A DNA stretch of 55,516 nucleotides from a virus. Taxonomy: Duplodnaviria; Caudoviricetes. Positions 52,505-55,516 of this stretch are shown here, in pieces (position 1 is the stretch's first letter; each line of letters begins with the position of its first letter). The stretch covers positions 1 through 55,516 of IMG/VR virus record IMGVR_UViG_3300036859_000215; one strand, given 5' to 3'. A program made the translations under genes and the position numbers. The notes under the pieces were generated by a model. The model searched no databases. It saw nothing but the letters and a program-made list of their open reading frames with translations, and was not told the origin of the DNA.

Positions 52505-53443
52505 ATGGACCCGATCACTATAAGTGCCTTTCTAGGCTCGGCCGGTTCCAGCCTGCTCGGTGGGTTGCTCGGCCGCAAGGCCGCTAAGACCAAGGCGGCG
52601 GAGGCCAGAGCCTCCTTTATAGTGGAAAAAAGCGCATCGGCAATACGCGGGCAAGCCATCGAGGCCGAAGCCAAAGCCGCGCGCGAAGCCGCCGGCATTG
52701 AATGGAAGGCGGGGCTCATTGATTTCGATGCCTCGCTGATCGAGGGGCAGGCGGTCACCGCCGCTTCTGCTTCCGATTATTTCAATGTTCTGATTGATGC
52801 CGAAAACACGGCAATGGCCTTCGAGGCCGACGCCACCGAAGGGGAGTTCAATGCGCGAGTGGCGCTGCAAATGGCCCGCAACGCTATCGAGGTCGCCGAT
52901 GCGGAAGCAAGAGACTATCGTTTAAGAGGCAATGCCGCCATCGAAAGCCAGGCCGCGCTACAGGCCGGCTCCGGCTTCATGCTGCAAGGCTCGCCGATGT
53001 TGGTGCAGGACGTGTTGTTTGGCGAGGTCGAACTCGGCGCTGCGCGGCTGAAACATGCCGGCGAGGTCGAGGCGACACGCCTCAGAAACGAATCCGAGCT
53101 TTTGACCTACAGCGCCACGGTGAGCACGATCAATGCCAAAACAGCGCGAGAGGTAGCCAAGATCAACGCTGGCTATGTCAAAGAGGCGGGCAAGATCAGA
53201 CTAGATGCGGCGTTCTTGAGCGGCGATCGCAGTCTGCTCAATCTGGAAAGCTCGTTGCTCAATGCCCGTACTACCGAGCTCAAGGCGGACTATCTGAAAA
53301 TCGCCAATAAGAGCGAGCTTGACGCCGCCCAAATTCAGACCGCCGCGATTGCCAAGGGGGCGAAGATCGAGGGCCAAGCCGCAGTAGTGGCTGGCATCGG
53401 CCAGGCATTTTCCACCATCGCCTCGTCAGGGAAGTTCGGCTAA
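52505..53443 (+). CDS. Internal virion protein (T7 gp14-like)
   Basis: MDPIT start; Ala-rich; AGSG...GSP motif; follows the nozzle gene. Confidence 0.7.
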   Translation: MDPITISAFLGSAGSSLLGGLLGRKAAKTKAAEARASFIVEKSASAIRGQAIEAEAKAAREAAGIEWKAGLIDFDASLIEGQAVTAASASDYFNVLIDAENTAMAFEADATEGEFNARVALQMARNAIEVADAEARDYRLRGNAAIESQAALQAGSGFMLQGSPMLVQDVLFGEVELGAARLKHAGEVEATRLRNESELLTYSATVSTINAKTAREVAKINAGYVKEAGKIRLDAAFLSGDRSLLNLESSLLNARTTELKADYLKIANKSELDAAQIQTAAIAKGAKIEGQAAVVAGIGQAFSTIASSGKFG

Positions 53444-55516
53444 TGGCACGCAGGAAGGGGCTTAAGTCGTCTGATATTCTGCGGCCGGGGGACATTGCGC
53501 TCCCCGGTGTGGCGAAAGACCCTGGCGTGCGGGCACGGTTCAATCCGCTACAAGTGCCCCGGCGCATCGATCCGCGCGGGGCGGCTTTGGGAGACTTGGC
53601 ACAAGCCAAAGGCGGGTTGGCCGATGCCACTAGAGGGCTGGCCAATACTACGCGGCAGAGCGGCACCATTGCCGCCAATGCGCTGGCGCAAGTCGGTCAA
53701 GCGCAAAGCCAGGTGGCCGACGCTACGCTAAAGGGCGGGCAGATTGTTGCCAACGCGCAGGAGATGTTTGCCAATTCCGTGGCGCAGATTGGCCAAGCGT
53801 TCGAAACCCTCGGTAATCTGCGCAAGAAGAAAGAGGAAGATCTGGCGGTCGAGAAATGGGAGTTCAACCGTGCCAAGGCCACCATCGGCTTTGAACAGTC
53901 GGAAGCCGAAAATCCCAACCCGAAACGATTAAGAGGCAAAGCCTATCTGGACGATGTAGATTCCCGCTACGCCAAGTTCCTGGACGACAACACCAAGGCC
54001 ACCGAGGAAGAACTAGGCTTTACCATTGCGGGTGAAGCCAGGGCGAAAGTTACGGCGCTGTCCTTGCGCGCCCGGGTGCAGGCGATGGAATCCGCTGCCA
54101 ACCGGGACCATGACCGTAGTGTCATGCAACTATATGAAACGGCCAAGAATGACGTGATCGAAAGCGGCAGGCTAGTTGGTGCAGATGGTGACATTGGTAC
54201 CGGACTTGCCCGCGCCGATAAAATTTCTTCCCGAATTGAGGGCGTGGTCGCTCCCGATAAATATCTCGGCTTCAAGGAGGCCGCGCGGCGCAATGCCTAT
54301 GAGCAGGGCATTCGCCATTACCTCGCCAAGGGTGATGTTGCGACGGCAGAGGCCATTGTCTCGCAATTGACGGGTCTACCCGGTCCTGGGGCTGATAGTG
54401 TGAGCACCGCCATCATGGATGCCTTCAGGGCAGAGGGCGTTGATACGGTGCTCGGGCTCGCCATCTCTCACCGCGAAACCGCTGGAACCTTCGACCCGCA
54501 AAGCAAGACTTTCATCGACCCGAGAACCGGCAAGCGTGCCTCGAGCGCGTCCGGCCTGTTCCACATGACCGACGCCACGGCGAAATCCTATCTTGGCGCA
54601 GTCAATGCTAGTGACGATCCGGTCGAGAACCAAGTGAAGGCCGGTGCCAAGCTGACGGCCGACAACAAGAAGGGCCTGCAACGAATCTTGGGCCGAGAGC
54701 CTAGTTATGGCGAGGTTTATCTCGCGCATGTATTGGGGCTAAACAAGGCGGCAGCAGTGGTCACGGCGGACCCGGACGTGCCGCTTTCAACTGTTTTGAA
54801 CGAAACCGAAATCCGCAACTCTGCCCCTAAACTATTGCGGGGATCCGTGGGCGATATGCGCGCTTGGGCAGACGATGCCATGCAAGCCAGCATGGAAGCG
54901 GTGACCAATGCTGGGATTGTCACGGGGCGGACGATAGCCAGCAATGAAGCCGGGCTGCCGATGGACGACGCGGCGCGACTGTGGAAAGAGGTAGAGGATA
55001 CCAAGAAGCGCCTGGCTGATGAGCAGGAGAAACTCAACAATGAGTTCATTGATGCCTTTGTGCCAGTCAAGCCAAGGGCGGAACGCGATTCTGCAGCCTT
55101 CGTTATTAAATACTCTCCGGTAGCGGCTAAAGCCTATGGCGTTGCCGATGCAGTCAAGGCCGATCCAGAATCTACGCGCGAGGAAAAGATTGCGGCCCAA
55201 ACCAGAGCTTTCGCCGTTTCCATTGAGGAACAGAAGATGCTCGCTGGCGCGCGGGGCGTCTCCTTCTCGGAGCGAGACGCCAAGCTTCTTTCTATTCCGC
55301 AAGCTAAGGCGATTGTGAATAGCCTCACCGAAGCTAAGGGACCGGATGCGGTGCAGGCATTCTATCAACTACGCGACGAGACCGGCTCTTATTTCACTAA
55401 GGTTTATGGCGAATTGGTCGATCAGAAGCTCCCGGCTGAATTCCAAATTCTGGGTCTGCTCGATCCGGTGCAAAATCCGGCGCAGGTTAATTCGATGACG
55501 CAAATTTTAGGTGTCT
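53443..55516 (+). CDS. N-terminal part of the ~1097-aa internal virion protein with a lytic transglycosylase domain (continues at base 1)
   Basis: Frame read by hand is open from ATG 53443 to the window end; SHRET...ASSASGLFHMT...YLAHVLG SLT motifs at ~54460-54740. Confidence 0.88.
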   Translation, partial: MARRKGLKSSDILRPGDIALPGVAKDPGVRARFNPLQVPRRIDPRGAALGDLAQAKGGLADATRGLANTTRQSGTIAANALAQVGQAQSQVADATLKGGQIVANAQEMFANSVAQIGQAFETLGNLRKKKEEDLAVEKWEFNRAKATIGFEQSEAENPNPKRLRGKAYLDDVDSRYAKFLDDNTKATEEELGFTIAGEARAKVTALSLRARVQAMESAANRDHDRSVMQLYETAKNDVIESGRLVGADGDIGTGLARADKISSRIEGVVAPDKYLGFKEAARRNAYEQGIRHYLAKGDVATAEAIVSQLTGLPGPGADSVSTAIMDAFRAEGVDTVLGLAISHRETAGTFDPQSKTFIDPRTGKRASSASGLFHMTDATAKSYLGAVNASDDPVENQVKAGAKLTADNKKGLQRILGREPSYGEVYLAHVLGLNKAAAVVTADPDVPLSTVLNETEIRNSAPKLLRGSVGDMRAWADDAMQASMEAVTNAGIVTGRTIASNEAGLPMDDAARLWKEVEDTKKRLADEQEKLNNEFIDAFVPVKPRAERDSAAFVIKYSPVAAKAYGVADAVKADPESTREEKIAAQTRAFAVSIEEQKMLAGARGVSFSERDAKLLSIPQAKAIVNSLTEAKGPDAVQAFYQLRDETGSYFTKVYGELVDQKLPAEFQILGLLDPVQNPAQVNSMTQILGV
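55369..55516. repeat. Terminal direct repeat (copy 2)
   Basis: Matches 1-148 with one substitution. Confidence 0.97.

Overview
The window is an apparently complete, circularly permuted ~55.4 kb genome of a temperate podovirus with a BPP-1/epsilon15/T7-type head-tail set. Bases 1-148 recur at 55369-55516 with one mismatch. The host is most likely an alphaproteobacterium (GcrA-like and GapR-like genes; attP matching the 3' half of tRNA-Gln(CTG)). Gene order: internal virion proteins, tail fibre/LamG genes, lysis cassette, accessory genes, attP/integrase/excisionase, leftward early operon (recombination genes, C5 methyltransferase), immunity region with three palindromic operators, rightward early genes (GcrA-like, resolvase, two amino-methyltransferases, replication), terminase, portal, scaffold, capsid, then tail tube proteins. 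The standout feature is an ~8.1 kb nonulosonic (pseudaminic-acid-type) sugar biosynthesis cassette at 40161-48280, inserted between the capsid and tail-tube genes. It encodes PseA/WbuX-, HisF-, PseB-, PseC-, PseF-, PseH-, PseI- and Pse-methylase-like enzymes, led by a candidate CMP-sugar transferase of the Maf/CstII type. The cassette is preceded by the same fixed-spacing promoter-like motif found upstream of several virion genes. This suggests late expression and possibly glycosylation of the virion with a sialic-acid-like sugar; that functional reading is inference. All protein calls come from motif recognition by eye; no searches were run.
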